A stretch of DNA of 64,000 nucleotides from Octopus sinensis (Eukaryota): positions 113,956,001-114,020,000 of the forward strand of contig NC_043001.1 in NCBI RefSeq assembly GCF_006345805.1, written 5' to 3'. This document shows, one piece after another, positions 49,656 through 63,741 of this stretch. Below the pieces are notes generated by a model. The model was not told the DNA's origin. It made no database searches and saw nothing but the letters and a program-made list of their open reading frames with translations. A program made the translations under genes and the position numbers. Every line of letters begins with the position of its first letter. Positions within the stretch are counted from its first letter, which is position 1.

Positions 49656-52233
49656 TAGAGAAAATACATACATACATTCATACGTACATATATAGGTATG
49701 TATGACTGTATTTTTGTATACACACATCTCTACACATTTTGTGGCAGATTGTTTCATATTATATTTATGAACCTCGTGAGCAATGCATTAACTGTTGCTA
49801 ACGCTACTATTGTTGTTGCTGTTGTTATTGTTGCTGCCATTGTTGTTGTGGCTGTTGCTTATTCTGTTTTCATTTCCCCTCTATCAATCTTCTTTCTTCT
49901 GACTGTACTTTATCTCCTTGGTCTTCATATCACTTTTATCTGTTTTGTCATTATTATTATAGTTAATTCTGTTTCAGTATATTGCTGCTCTCTCGAAAAT
50001 TAGAGAAAAAAATAAAATACAAGCCGAAACAAGACAAACCAAAACAAGATAAGAACAGAAAGAGAAGAGAGAAAGGAAAACAATTTCACAAGAAAGATGA
50101 TCGAAAAGAACGAGCTGAAATAAAGAATATAAAGAAAACAAAAACGTTAAATACTAAAATACAGGAAAAAACGAAGAAAACGAAACATGACAAAATGTGA
50201 ATAAAATATAAATCAAAGTTCGTAATTAAAAGTTTATCAGAGGAATAATAAGAAAACGAAAATTTTGAAGATAACCGTAGTACTGCGGTTGACAGTATAA
50301 ATAGTTATTATCTATAATTTATGTTACAATACAGGCTAAGTTGAAGGGAGCGGTTTAGTCGACCGCAATGACCTCAGTATTTTAGTAACACTTTACGAAA
50401 CGATGACACGCAATGATAACGTGTGTGCAATTTGATCTAAGAATGTAAACAGCAATAATTGTAAGGAAATTTTTGCTCGACGCTCTAACGATTCAGTCAA
50501 TCCACAGAACTTCTAATATATTTCTTTACTACCCACAAGGGGACAAACAAGGACAAACAAACAGATTAAGTCGAGTATATCGACCCAATGCGTAACTGGC
50601 ACTTAATTTATCGACCCCGAAAGGATGAAATGCAAAGTCGATCTCGGCAGGAGGATGACGTGAGTAATAATAACAATAATTATAATACTTAGGAGGGGTC
50701 TTGGCATCTAAGATTACTGGTTGTAGCCCGATGTTAGGAATTTTTTTTCTTTTCTAGCAGTATAATGAGTTGTGTGTATCAAAATAATCCTTTCTGCTAT
50801 AGGAACAAGTCCTGAAATTTTGTAGGAGGGGGTTAGTCGATTACATCTACCCCAATGTTTCACTTCTACTTGATTTATCAACCCCGAAGTGAAGTGAAAT
50901 CAAAGTCGGCATCGGTGGTATTTGAAGTCAGAACTTTAACTCAGACGAAATGCTGCTAAGCATTCTCTCTGGCTGCTAACGATTCTGCCAGCTTGTCGTC
51001 ATAACAACAACAACAAAAATGACGACGATGTCGATGATGAAAACAATAACAATGTCAATTTCTTGAAGTTTTGGGCGATGGTCAACAATTTTAGGGAGAA
51101 GTGTTTGGTCGAAGTATTTCACTGTAATTTTATTTTATGAACCCCAGAAACGACAAACAAGGCAAGTCGATTTCGGGAAGATTTGTACGCAGAACATAAG
51201 TATCGAAAATAAACCTTAATGTTTCTGTTAGAATTTCCGCTGTTCATTGTTTTTCTACTATTGGCCATGCAGGATTTTTGTTGCTGTTGTTCCATCATGT
51301 ATTTCTGTACACCCTAAAACTTAAACTTAAATGTTTAGATTTTAGGTGTTTCCCAATCTCTTTTGTTTCCTCAGTTTCTTCGTAGATATCTGTTATAGCA
51401 ATCACTTGAATTAAATATAAATGTTCTCTATTTGTCTTTGCTTCGTGACTATTTGCTTTAAAAATTCTTGATATTATAGTAGATATTTTAATAGTACTAC
51501 AGTGAACACACTAGTAATTTTCTAGTTGAAAAGGCCCCTACCACTCTGCATTCGGGGAAGATATAGTGTTTCAAAGTCAAAATTTACATGGTGTATTCTA
51601 AAAGCTGACATTTTTTTCTTGTTTTCCTATCTAATTAGTTTAGTTGCCAATTGAAAATGTTGCTTTTAAATGTTGGCACAAACCCAGCCGTTTTGGGGAA
51701 GAGGCAGAGTCGATTAAATCGATCCTGGTGCTCATCTGATACTTATTTTATCGACCTGAAAATATTAAGACATACGAAACGCCGCCAGGGATTTTGCCTG
51801 GAGTGCTAACGATTCTGCCAGCTCGCAGCCTTAAGCCAACAGAAAATACTAAACTCTACCTTATTACTAGAACAGCTGGTGTATTGATGCCTTCTACATT
51901 ATTTATTTCTGTATTTGGCATTCAGACGTTTCAAATATTAATATCATGCGCTTATAATATTCTTTCTTAATCAATTATTTCATGTGTATGTTCTGCTCAT
52001 TGTCCAATTCAACAGTATGTGTTTGCTCCAATTCTCTTACCTAACTATCTTTATCTCGTAATATTAGTGTTCTTAGTTTCCTTCTATTTAAAGTCACTTT
52101 AGCGCTTTCTTTCTCTGCTGAATCTCATATTTATTGCTTTGGTAAATCTGTGTATTATCAGCAGTAATATTTCATGTTGTTTTCATTTGTAGTATATAAC
52201 TTTAGATCATTCATATATGTTGCAGCATAATAG

Positions 52234-52680
52234 AGGTGCAAGCATGGCTGTGTGGTAAGAAGCTTGCTTCCAGTCACATTGTTCCGGGTTCAGTCCCACT
52301 GCGTGGCAAATTTGCCATGTGTCTTCTACTATAGCCCCGGGCCGACCAATTGCTTTGTGAGTGGAGTTGGTAGACGGAAACTGAAAGAAGTCCATCGTAT
52401 ACAGACATACATATATACATACACACACACACACACATATGTATATTAATGCGTGTGTCTTTTTGTCTGTGTTTGTTCGTCCCCCACCATCATATGACAA
52501 CCGATGTTGGTGTGTTTACGTACCCGTAACTTAGCGGTTCGGCTAAAGAGACCGATAGAATAAGTATTACACTTACAAAGAGTAAGTCCTGGGGTCGATT
52601 TCTTCGACTGAAACCCTTTGAGGCGGTACTCTAGTATGGCCGCAGTCAGACGACTGAAACGAATAAAAGAATAAAAGAGT
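52234..52680 (+). mobile_element. SINE family A
   Basis: atggctgtgtggtaagaagcttgcttcc..gggttcagtcccactgcgtggc..gactgaaacgaataaaaga. Confidence 0.9.
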
Positions 52681-54061
52681 TGACATTGGCATCTAGTTTC
52701 GTTTCGGATGTTGGTCAATGGCTTCAAGCGCAGACAGAAAAGGTGTTGTGAGAGGGAAGAGAGGTAAATGATTACATCAAGTACCCCGTGCTTAACTGGC
52801 ACATTATTTTATCATCACGGGAAGGATGTGAATAAAATTGACCTAGGCAGAATTTAACTCAAAATGAAAAGAGTCAGAATAATACCCCCACACAAGACAT
52901 TTCTTTCCAAGATCTAACAATTACACCATAAATGATTCTACTAAAGCAAATTACGAAAGTTAAATGGAAAATTTGAAGAACTATTGCGATAAAATGTTTC
53001 TTTTGTTGCATAGATAATTTTTAATTGATATGCAGTCTTTCGTTTGAAATAACGTTTTATTATTTCTATGACTCTCTCTCTCTCTCTGTTACTCTCTCCC
53101 ACTCTCTCTCTCGGTGTCGATCCCTGTCTGTCTGTCTGTCTGTGTGTCTTTCTCTCTGTCTCTCTCTCCGCTCTCTCTCTTGCTATCATTTTTATTTTTA
53201 CTTTGTCGCAACCAAAGTTTAATTTCCCTCGTGTTTCTTTTGCATCTCTCCTTTGTTGTGTTTCCGTTTCTGATGAAAGAAAAATCTAGACTGATCAATG
53301 ATTAAACAGAAAGTACGTAGCAACTATGCCACGTACTTAAATGACACTAACGCACAGTGAGAGGAACATAAAGAAATCAATTGATAGATTCATAGATTAA
53401 ATGCATAGATTTAGAGATGAACATCTAGACAAACATATAAATAGCTTGCTACGTAGATAACTAGATAAACTGATATAACGCTCGATAGATCAACTGACAG
53501 ATTGACATGTAAATATATTTACATATGTATGTATATATATATATTTATATATGTATATATATATATATGCGCGCGCGTGTATGTACAAATATTTATACAT
53601 ACGTATATATACCTATATTTATGCATACACAAAGGCGCATACATGTACATATCTTGGCATTACATAGAAGTCAAACGGGTCTTTGAAATTATTCACTTCC
53701 TCCCTCATAAATCATTATGAGTAATGCCTACATTTTCAAATTCTGACGTTGAAACAATGTTTTCATTTGTTACTCGATAAAATCTTCTTCACAGAATCTG
53801 CACAAATACAGCGGTGACAGTCCCTGACGAAGAAGTCCTTGGCAGACTCTAATCTTACTCGCGTTTGTCCATTCTTCATCGTGCTACCTTCCAACAATAT
53901 TTGCTACCCCGCATGCACCATTCTGATTCCGACCCTCCTTTTCCGCATGTACCCCTCCGAATTCGGACGTTCTTTCTTGTTATCTTCCCAATACTCAGTA
54001 ACATCACATTGTCTTATTCATCGAAAAAGACAATCCTTTCTAAGGTGCACCTCTGAATAAT

Positions 54062-54906
54062 TTTTTTCTGCAATTAACCCTCTAGCGTAGAGTATAGGCC
54101 ACTTATAAATGAACTCCATGTCGCATAATTTTTCGCTTCTGTACTCATACACTGCCATGAATGTCCTCCTTTCACTAGTTTCTTTCGTGTTGATCTCTGC
54201 CACGAGTTCTTAGGCCTACCTCTCCTTCTATATCCATCTGGTTTCCACTGTAAAGCACTTTTCACTACATTTACTGTGTCTTTTCTAATTGTGCTACCAA
54301 TCCACTTCCACTTTTTCTTAAATATTTGCTCCCTAATCGAAACTTGATTTGTTCTTTGCCATAGCTCCATATTGTTTATGTGTTCAGGCCATCTAATTTT
54401 AAGTACACTACGCAAGCATCTGTTGATGAATGAATGTATTTGCTTATTTGACTTAACTGTTGTTCGCCATGTCTCAGCCCCATACAATAAACATCGCTTT
54501 TACGTTAGTGTTAAAAATTCTTATTTTGTTATTTATTGAAATTACACTTGCGCTCCATACTATTTTTAACAGGTGAAAAGCGGTCCTTGCCTTACTTACT
54601 CTCCTCTTAATATCTTCGTCTGTGCCACCTGAAAACCTTATCTTACTACCTAAATACGTAAACTCGGCTACATCCTCTAGTTCGCTGGTTTCTTGTTTAA
54701 TACGTTCGCTGTTTTCTTCATTACCGCGCATAATTTTTGATTTGTCGCGGTTGACTTTCAATCCTAGTTTGGCAGCCATTGCTTCTAATTTTGGCGATTT
54801 ATTTTGCCTTTGGTTATATGTTTGTGAAAGCAGTGCTATATCATTTGCAAAGTCGAAATCTTCTAGAGCTTCTGCATCCGTCCATTCAATGCCTGTTTGG
54901 CTTTCT
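54062..54906 (-). mobile_element. RTE-clade LINE, 5'-truncated RT C-terminal part with 8-bp TSD
   Basis: TGIEWT..LEDFDFANDIALL (FADD changed to FAND), FTYLGS..GGTDEDIKRRVSKAR, YGAETW..FINRCLR..KIRWP, WKWIG..RRRGRPKNSW. Frameshift near 54487. Short poly(A). tgaataat is duplicated at 54054-54061 and 54907-54914. Confidence 0.92.
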
Positions 54907-55512
54907 TGAATAATGGCCATATATAAAATCAAACATAGGATCTGTTTGCGTATTCATGGGCTCGGTTACAAATTTACATGACTTGACGATTGGAATAGAT
55001 ATTTTTCAACGATCGCATAGATAATTATGGCTTTTCAATCTGCCAATACCTTACTATTTGTACGGATCTCAATTTTAAAGTCAGGCTCATTCTCATTTAA
55101 AATACGTATTTGACGTTTGTATGTTCAAGAAACACAATTATGAATTAGTGAAGAGGGCGCAACGTTCTGATATATAACGACTTTTAGAAACAGTTCTCAA
55201 ATGTATTATACAACACGAACTCTAAGATTCTCTGGGTGGATGATATCATCGGTAGACTGAATTGCTGTCAGGCGAAACCTAAAGAACTATTTAACAGGGT
55301 TTTCGTAAAATATTTGGCTCTTCTCTAGCTATTTAGGGCCACCCGAACAGTAAAAATTTTGTTTTATTCTCAAAATGGCTTCAAAATGTTAACATCAACT
55401 CAGCTCAAGCAACCACACGCGAACGCATTTGCGCGCACATATTTACAAGTGTATAAATGCATATGCATCTAAATACATATATATGTTATCTATGTATCTA
55501 TTTAACTATCTC

Positions 55513-55587
<75 letters not shown>

Positions 55588-55602
55588 GTCTATCTGTCTA
55601 TA

Positions 55603-55676
<74 letters not shown>

Positions 55677-55696
55677 ACTATCTATCTATCTGTCTG

Positions 55697-55741
<45 letters not shown>

Positions 55742-55833
55742 ATTTCTGTCTGTCTGTCTGTCTCTCTTTTTCTCTCTCCATCTATCTATCTATTTATCTA
55801 TCTATCTATATGTATATATATATTTATATACAC

Positions 55834-55894
<61 letters not shown>

Positions 55895-55920
55895 CATACA
55901 TGCATACATACATACATGCA

Positions 55921-55957
<37 letters not shown>

Positions 55958-57944
55958 TATACAAGCATACTTATGTGTGTGTGTGTGTGCGTGTGTGTAT
56001 GCATATAAGGTCTCGATACAATGAACAATAGAATACACACCAATATATTGTATATATATATATATATGAATGCATACATATATACATATATATACATGCA
56101 TACATATTCAAATAGTGGCGCTCTGTGTGTATAGAAGTATATTTTGTAATTGTACGTCCAACTAGGTTTGATTTTCAGGTTTATCAATATCGCTTCATTA
56201 ACGTCACTGAAATTTATGAATATAAAAATTCTTAAATGCCCCAAACTGTGAAATACAAGTATGCAGTAGTTGAAACAGTATGGCGGACAATTCTTGCCTA
56301 CCGTTCGTTTAATAGTTACAATAGAATTAGTAAACTATTGTTCTATATCCCTGATTAACTATATTCATGCGTTTCAATATTCAACTCCATTTATTTCGGC
56401 GGTATTCGAACTTAATAATTAAATATTAAATAGTAGATAATTAGAAGTCTTGATGAAGAAGAGAATGGTGATGTTAATGATTATTGTTTAGCCGCGGGTC
56501 AGCCCTGATGGCAGAGACCTATGATCAAATGATCAAAAGGAAATTTTCTGTGTTCCCTTCCGCCTTCGTTGCTTTCGTCGCTTTGTTGTTGATGTTGTTG
56601 TTATTGTTGTTATTGTTGTTGTCCTTGTTGTCTTCTTCTTCTTCTTCTTCTTCTTCTTCTTCTTCTTCTTCTTCTTCTTCTTCTTCTTTTTCTTCTTCTT
56701 CTTCTTCTTTTTCTTCTTTATCTTCTTTTTCTTCTTCTTCTTTTTCTTCCTCTTTTTCTCTTCTTCTTCTTCTTCTTCTTTTTCTTCTTCTTCTTCTTCT
56801 TCTTCTTCTTCTTCCTCTTCCTCTTCCCTTCTTCCTTCTTCTTTTTTCTACCTCTTCCTTCCCTCCTACTCCTCCCTCCCTCTTTCCTCCGTCTTATTTC
56901 ATACTTTTCTTCCTTCCTACTCCTCTCCTTCTCCCCCTCTCTTTCTTTCCTACTCTTCCTCCCCTCCCTTCTCCTTCTCTTCCTCCTCGTCTTCGTCGTT
57001 GTTGTTATTCTTCTTCTTCTTCTTCTTCTTCTTCTTCTTCTTCTTCTTCTTCTTCTTCTTCTTCTACTTCTTTTTTTCTCTTCCTTTTAATAACTACATG
57101 TTCAACAATTCCTTTTCATTTCGAAAGTGTAATGCTTAACTCACGGCAAATCTGGCTGCTATTTCTAAGCCGTTCGAGTCACATCAGAGTGACTCCAAAG
57201 ATGATGCGTAGACATCGATGTAGAATCAATAGCGCAAAAGATAATCAACAGTGAAGTGTCAACATTTACTGGTCGAATCTCACTTGTTAATGAATGGCAC
57301 TCATTTAAAAGAAAGCCTTAATTTCAGTTTGCCTTTCACCTCTTCATTATGTAAGGTTCATAGTTGATTACTGAATTTTAGTGTAATTTCAGATCTGTTT
57401 CATTAATAGCTGCGAGCCTTTGTGGATTGATTCCTCCCTCTGTTCTAATTTAAAATACTCTGACCCCCAAACCGCAAATTCTCCTTATAATTCTTTTCCG
57501 CGTTTAATCCTGGTCGCCATCACCACTATCAGTAATACAAGCAACATAACAATCATCATCGTCTTCTTCTTCTTCTTCTTCTTCTTCTCTTCTTCTTCTT
57601 CTTCTTTCTTCTTCTTCTTCTTCTTCTCCTCCTCCTCCTCCTCCTTCTTTTGTTCAGTACATGTTGATTTGTTTCACCGCCAGATACTATGTTCCCAGAA
57701 ACATTAAAGCTAATGTGTATATCAATTAACTTCATACAACTAATAGCCTTTATTGTAACACCTCGCTACTCATTATCACAGCCACCACCATTATAACTGA
57801 GACCCTCTTTGTCGTAAAGTCAATTATCATGCATATCATCATCATCATCATCATCATCACTGTCTTCCTTTTCTGGCACTTTTGTACTGCTATACTTAAG
57901 GAATATAGATACAAAGATTATTTTAATGGTCTTCTTCTTTCCCG

Positions 57945-58190
57945 CCCCTTTAAAAGCCTAGCCAGGTTCATGGGCCCGGTTTCCCGGTTTCTATGGCTCA
58001 TGTGTACTCCAGGTTGATGGGACGCCAGTCCATCGCAGCGTTACTCATTTTTGCCAGCTGAGTGGACTGGAGCAACGTGAAATGAAGTGTTTTGCTCAAG
58101 AACACAACGCGTTGCCCGGTCCAGGAATCGAAACCACAATCTAACGATCATGCTGCTGACGCCCTAACCACTAAGCCGCGCGCTTCCACC
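57945..58190 (-). mobile_element. tRNA-derived SINE family C
   Basis: Minus strand: cggcttagtggttagggcg (A box), ggtttcgattcc (B box), gttgtgttcttgagcaaaacacttc (CORE/Meta-like) and gcgatggactggcgtcccatc (V-domain-like). Decayed relatives lie at about 22030-22200 and 22820-22880. Confidence 0.8.
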
Positions 58191-58571
58191 TTTATAATGT
58201 TACAGTATATATTTTATAATAAACCACTAGTGTATTCTAAGTGTGGGTTTATATTTTCTTTTCCTAACTAGACCTGCTAATTCCTTAAACTTCTTGTTGA
58301 GAATATAACAATTTCTTATTACTAGAACAATTACATATTTATCCCTCTTACCTCAGGATTTTCCGTTTATATTTTGTTTTCAGTGTTAATACAATATTCT
58401 AATAACAATCATTCTTCATGCTTTCTTTTATTTATGCATGCTGTACACTAGTTTATTTCTAAATATTTGTAAATATATCTGTTGTTATTAAACTTTTCCC
58501 GTGCTATTCTTGTACTTTTATCTGACATTAAATTGGTAATATAACTTTATCCAGGACTTAGCTGGTAAATT

Positions 58572-58671
58572 NNNNNNNNNNNNNNNNNNNNNNNNNNNNN
58601 NNNNNNNNNNNNNNNNNNNNNNNNNNNNNNNNNNNNNNNNNNNNNNNNNNNNNNNNNNNNNNNNNNNNNNN
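58572..58671. other. Assembly gap (100 N)
   Basis: Run of N. A length of exactly 100 suggests a placeholder of unknown true size. Confidence 1.
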
Positions 58672-58810
58672 TATATATATAATATACATATATATGCATA
58701 TATATATTCATATACACACACACACACACCACACACATATATAATATATATTTACATACATAGATATATATACATATATATATACATTCATATACATATA
58801 TATATATACA

Positions 58811-58848
<38 letters not shown>

Positions 58849-59019
58849 TACTTGGAGAAGAAGAAACGAAACGAAACGAAACGAATCGAATCGAATCGAC
58901 GCGAGGGCGCTCAGTCATACAATAGTGTAATGAATAAAATATATGCATACATACATATATATATATGTACGTATCTACATTTACATGTATATATACATGC
59001 ATATATAAATATATATACG

Positions 59020-59290
59020 TGAGTACAGGACATCACAAATAGACGTAGAACTCAACGAGAAACGAAAACGTAAAAACAAGCATGGAACGGACCATTTTTT
59101 TACAACGAAAAAACAGAGTACGCGACAAACTACACAAGGAAAAAAACCCTTCATCGGCTGTCCCTAGTTCAACTCCAGCGTGTTTCGAAGGTGAGGACAG
59201 AACACGAATCTACGAAGTAGCCCTTCCTGCGAAAGAATTAAATAGAATTACTTCGCAGAGGGGTAAAAACAAGGAAAGAAAAAAATGTGA
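59020..59290 (-). mobile_element. Probable decayed Penelope-like terminal repeat with hammerhead-core remnants
   Basis: Minus strand carries CTG-CGAag (core lacking 1 nt, 59258-59251), ttcGAAACacg (59190-59179) and CCGATGAaggg (59157-59147), plus internal hairpins ctgcgaag/tttcgcag and ctgtcct/gggacag. It is bounded by TA-rich runs. Confidence 0.35.
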
Positions 59291-60313
59291 CACATATATA
59301 TATATAATGGCGTTTATAGTTATTTAACACGTGTCTAGTATATCCTTTCTTTCTTTACGGATTAATAGATATAATAAAAAGACTAATTGTTACTTTGATT
59401 TTAGATCGAAAGTGACTTTATCATATTTTCGTAAGAAATGAATAAGTAAATTCATGAACAGAATCAAGCGCCATTTAAGAAATGAACTGAATCGAAGTGT
59501 ATGGGGATTAGAACTAGATCGATCTTGTTAATATCGGTGGGCCTGTGGTTTTTATTGATATAGCCCTTTCCACCAGCGCTTTGTCTCTATAAAATGTCAA
59601 TCGCAATCAATAAAAGATGGAAGAATGAGGAATAATTTGTGTATTTTTAAAACTTTTGTTTATAATTAAGATATTCATTAAACAATCATGCCAGGAAAAA
59701 CATAGAATTGGGAACTTTATGAAATGTTAATTTGCGTAAAGTATTCAGACATCAAAAATATTGGGCATTTTACTACATTTACGACGCATTAACCGAAAAT
59801 CATTAGAAAGAGAGTGAAAAGGAAAATGAGAAAGTTATATTTAATGTAGAGGGGAACAGATTTTAAAAATGTCACAGTTCAGTTGAAGTAATAAAATGAA
59901 TAATAATTGAAGTCACTTATTAACTGACATAATGCCTTGTATACAACGACAGCTCCAATTATTTAACGACATTATATTTATTTCAAAGCCATTACGTTTT
60001 ACTGAATTTTATGTATATGGAACAATGAATCCCTGATGAATTTTTTTCTGTGAATTATTTCTGTGACATTTCATCTGTGATTTTCTTTTTTTTTATTTTC
60101 AATCTGTGACTATACTCTGTGGTATTTATTTTCTTAGACTCCTTGCATAAAGTAGGCTAAACAACTGGGAAAGTCACAAGTGGTCTTGGATCATGGATTT
60201 ATTTCATAAATTAAGACTAAGCATGGAGAGAAACTACAATATCATGAGCATGTTAGCACTGAAATATTGAAATACTCTAGTCCCATACTTATAGATGAAA
60301 CTATGATAATTGA

Positions 60314-60438
60314 AAAGTATAATAGCCATCTCAATATGGCTAACCACAAAGGGTGGGTGTTACTAAAGCTTTTAGCCCCAGGAGATCATCGTCTCCAGCT
60401 GGCTCTAGGCACACTATCTGTGCCCTTATGGTATTTGG

Positions 60439-60518
<80 letters not shown>

Positions 60519-60672
60519 AACGTCTGTGCGTTTGTGCGAGTTTGTATGAATGTGTTAGTGAATTTATAGCTAAATTCCTAAAGCCAGCTGGAGACGATAA
60601 TCTCCTGGGGTTAAAAGCTTCAGTAACACCCACGCTTTGTGGTTAGCTATATTGAGATGGCTATTATACTTT
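60314..60672. mobile_element. MITE-like foldback with 96-bp TIRs around a (TCTA)n core
   Basis: 60314-60409 versus the reverse complement of 60577-60672, with 6 mismatches. Confidence 0.85.
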
Positions 60673-61741
60673 ACATTGTCGAGCAGTTACTGTCTACATC
60701 TCGTTCAGAGATTTCTCATTGCTTTATGATAATTGAAATGTAAAGAAAAAACAAAATCAAAACAAAGAAGCCGATCATCTTGAAATAAATGCAACAAATA
60801 TAGTAATAAATAAATGCAAGGAGGAATTAATTCTAAAGGGAAACCTTATACAGCAGATTGAAATGCACAAATTCACTCTATACGTTGCACATGATGTTAC
60901 ATTATAATCTAAATGATATACCAGGGAGACTGAATCAACGCTCGCGCCTCATAGAATTTTAGTTTCTTGCAATTTCTTATGGAAATTTTAATGTTAGCTT
61001 CTTACACTCGTTTTAATTCATATAACTACATACATATATATATGAATATAGTAATAGCAGTATTATTGGTCGTCATCGTCGTCGTCGCCGTAGTAGTAGT
61101 AGCAGTAGTAGTAGAGTAGTAGTAGTAGTAGTAGTAGTAGTAGGAGGAGGAGGAGGAGGAGGAGGAGGAGGAGGATGTGTGGCACCGGGTCAACATATAT
61201 CCTCCGCTCGTAAGAATAAGATTTGGGATACCGGGTCAAGTTCCAGATTTGGGGAGGAAGTAAATATATATTAACAAAGCAAGTAGTTGGTCGTCGCTTT
61301 ATTTTATGGAGCCGAAACGAAGAAAGGCAAGTTTAACATAAACGGGACTGGTTTACGGAATGTAATAAAGTAGTGCCGGAATAAAAACCACAAGGCTTGG
61401 TCCTCAATAGTGCTAACGATTCTACTAAATCTACTAACGATTCTATTACCTCTATAATGATTTCCAATTTAGATACAAGGCCAGTAGGTTCGAGAGGAGA
61501 TAATTTGATGATAACGATATGGAGGGCCCTGACAGCAGTTGCGATGACGGCGGTGACGGCGACTATAGTCATGAAGGTGACTTTTAAAAAGAAAGGATAG
61601 AAAGGTAAAAAATGTCGTGAGAGTAATTTCGCCTGTAATTTCTGTCTTTTGTTTAACCATTTAGCGTCTGACCTGTGTACAAACATTCCCATTAAAATGA
61701 GTGCTGAAAGTGTGTGACGAATATCTATGGCACAACATATA

Positions 61742-61854
<113 letters not shown>

Positions 61855-63037
61855 ACTGCGGCGAGTTGGCAAAATCGTTAGCACGCCGGGCAAAATATTT
61901 AACAGCATTTCATCCATCTTTGCGTTCGGAGTTCAAATTCCGCCGATGTCAACTTTGCACTTCATCCTTTCAGGATCGATAAAAGAAATAGCATTCGAAC
62001 ACTGAGGACGATAACATCGGTTCGATAAAGTAACGAACCAGTCAAGTACTGGAGTCGACAGTAATGGTGTCCCCTCACCAAGATAAAATATTGAATTCTT
62101 GTGTCAATAGTAGAAAGGATTATTACAAATGTCTCTTAAGGTGACAAATTGGCAGAAGCGTTAACGCACCGGACACAATGTTTAGCAGCATTTCTTCTGG
62201 CTTTACGTTCGAATTTCATATGCTGCCTTGAGTCGATGTATCTGATATACCTTCTCCCAAAAAAACTCATGGCCTCGTACCAAACTTTGAAACTATTATT
62301 ATCGTTATGATCTTTTCATTTTTTGGGAGGTGGAGTCCAAGGTCAGCAATTTTGTGGGGAGAAGGAAACTGATTATATCGGCCCCAGTGACAGTTTGGTA
62401 CTTATTTTATCCCTAAAGAACGAAAGGTAAAGTCGACCTAAGCGGAATTGAATTGAAATAATTAGAGAAACAATAAGAAATAAGACTTATTTATATATTA
62501 TTTCACTCAGTAGAAAGAATTAGAGAGAAAAATGTGTGTGCGCACACACACATACAAGCACATATAATTAACACGCATGTCTCTGCTACTTTACCCCTGA
62601 GACTAATGAAATATAAATTGCACTAAAGCACCGGGATGTTTTATAAAATTAATACTTCATTTAGGATAAACAAGTGAAACGTAGCATAGTTCACTTTTGT
62701 TTCGTATTGTTCTTTCTAAAGTCATAGATTAAAAAGTAAAAGCAGCTACAAAACAACATCCGTTTTTATTAATATAGAAGAAAGCTTTGATTTCTGCTAT
62801 ACGATATCAATATAAACGAAAATTATAGGCCACAATGTATATTGTTAGGACTAAATAAAGTATATATTCACTACAAAAAGCCACTTATTTCGAAATGAAA
62901 CAGATTATAAAAATTATGCTAGTTATTAATTGCATGGAGTAAAATCTTTAATTATGTTTTGTTTCAAGTATCTGTCAGACGTTTTCTCTCTTGCTCTCCT
63001 CCTAAGCTAAAAAATATAATGTATATATGTATGTACG

Positions 63038-63069
<32 letters not shown>

Positions 63070-63709
63070 TATTCAGAAAAAGAAGATTGAGCTGCCAGCG
63101 AAACTATTAGATACACACACACACACACATATATATATATATTATATATACATATTATATATATATATACGTATATATGTATATTATGTATATACATATA
63201 TATATTATATATGTATATATATATATATATATATATCATAAACATATATGATTTACATATATATATATATATTTATTATGTATATATATATATATGTTGG
63301 TGTGTGTGTGTGTGTGTCTGTGTGTGTGTGTGTATTGTACGCCATTCTAAACGTTAATGCCTTAAAAGCACAGTATGTATGAGATTCATTTACAAATGAA
63401 AAATTAATAATTATATTAATCTTGTAATTTGTATCGAAAAGCAATAACAGAAAATCAGAATAACGGTGTCATAAAATCTCTTTTGCAATTAATGTTAAGT
63501 GTACACGCGTGCGCATGCCCGCGTACACACAAACACACACATTCATACGCATACGCAAACGCACACGCAAACACACACACAAACACACACGAGCGCACGC
63601 ATAAAAAAATATATATATAAACATTCATTTATTAATTTGTTTACATTCATATATATGTAAATGCATGTATTTCATAAAATGTGTGTATACATACATATAT
63701 AAATATATG

Positions 63710-63741
<32 letters not shown>

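Noticed and set aside
56188-56270. Candidate exon after tttgattttcag (VYQYRFINVTEIYEYKNS*); similar candidates at ~21378-21468 and ~42790-42845
   Set aside because: Splice-like sites are common in AT-rich DNA. The peptides are unrecognisable or contain stops, and there is no transcript evidence.
56484-57254. 256-aa Ser/Leu/Phe-rich ORF
   Set aside because: (TTG)n/(CTT)n/(CCT)n microsatellite translation.
58858-58900. (GAAAC)n grading into (GAATC)n
   Set aside because: Short pentanucleotide microsatellite. It has no spacers, so it is not a CRISPR array, and it is not a recognised telomeric motif.
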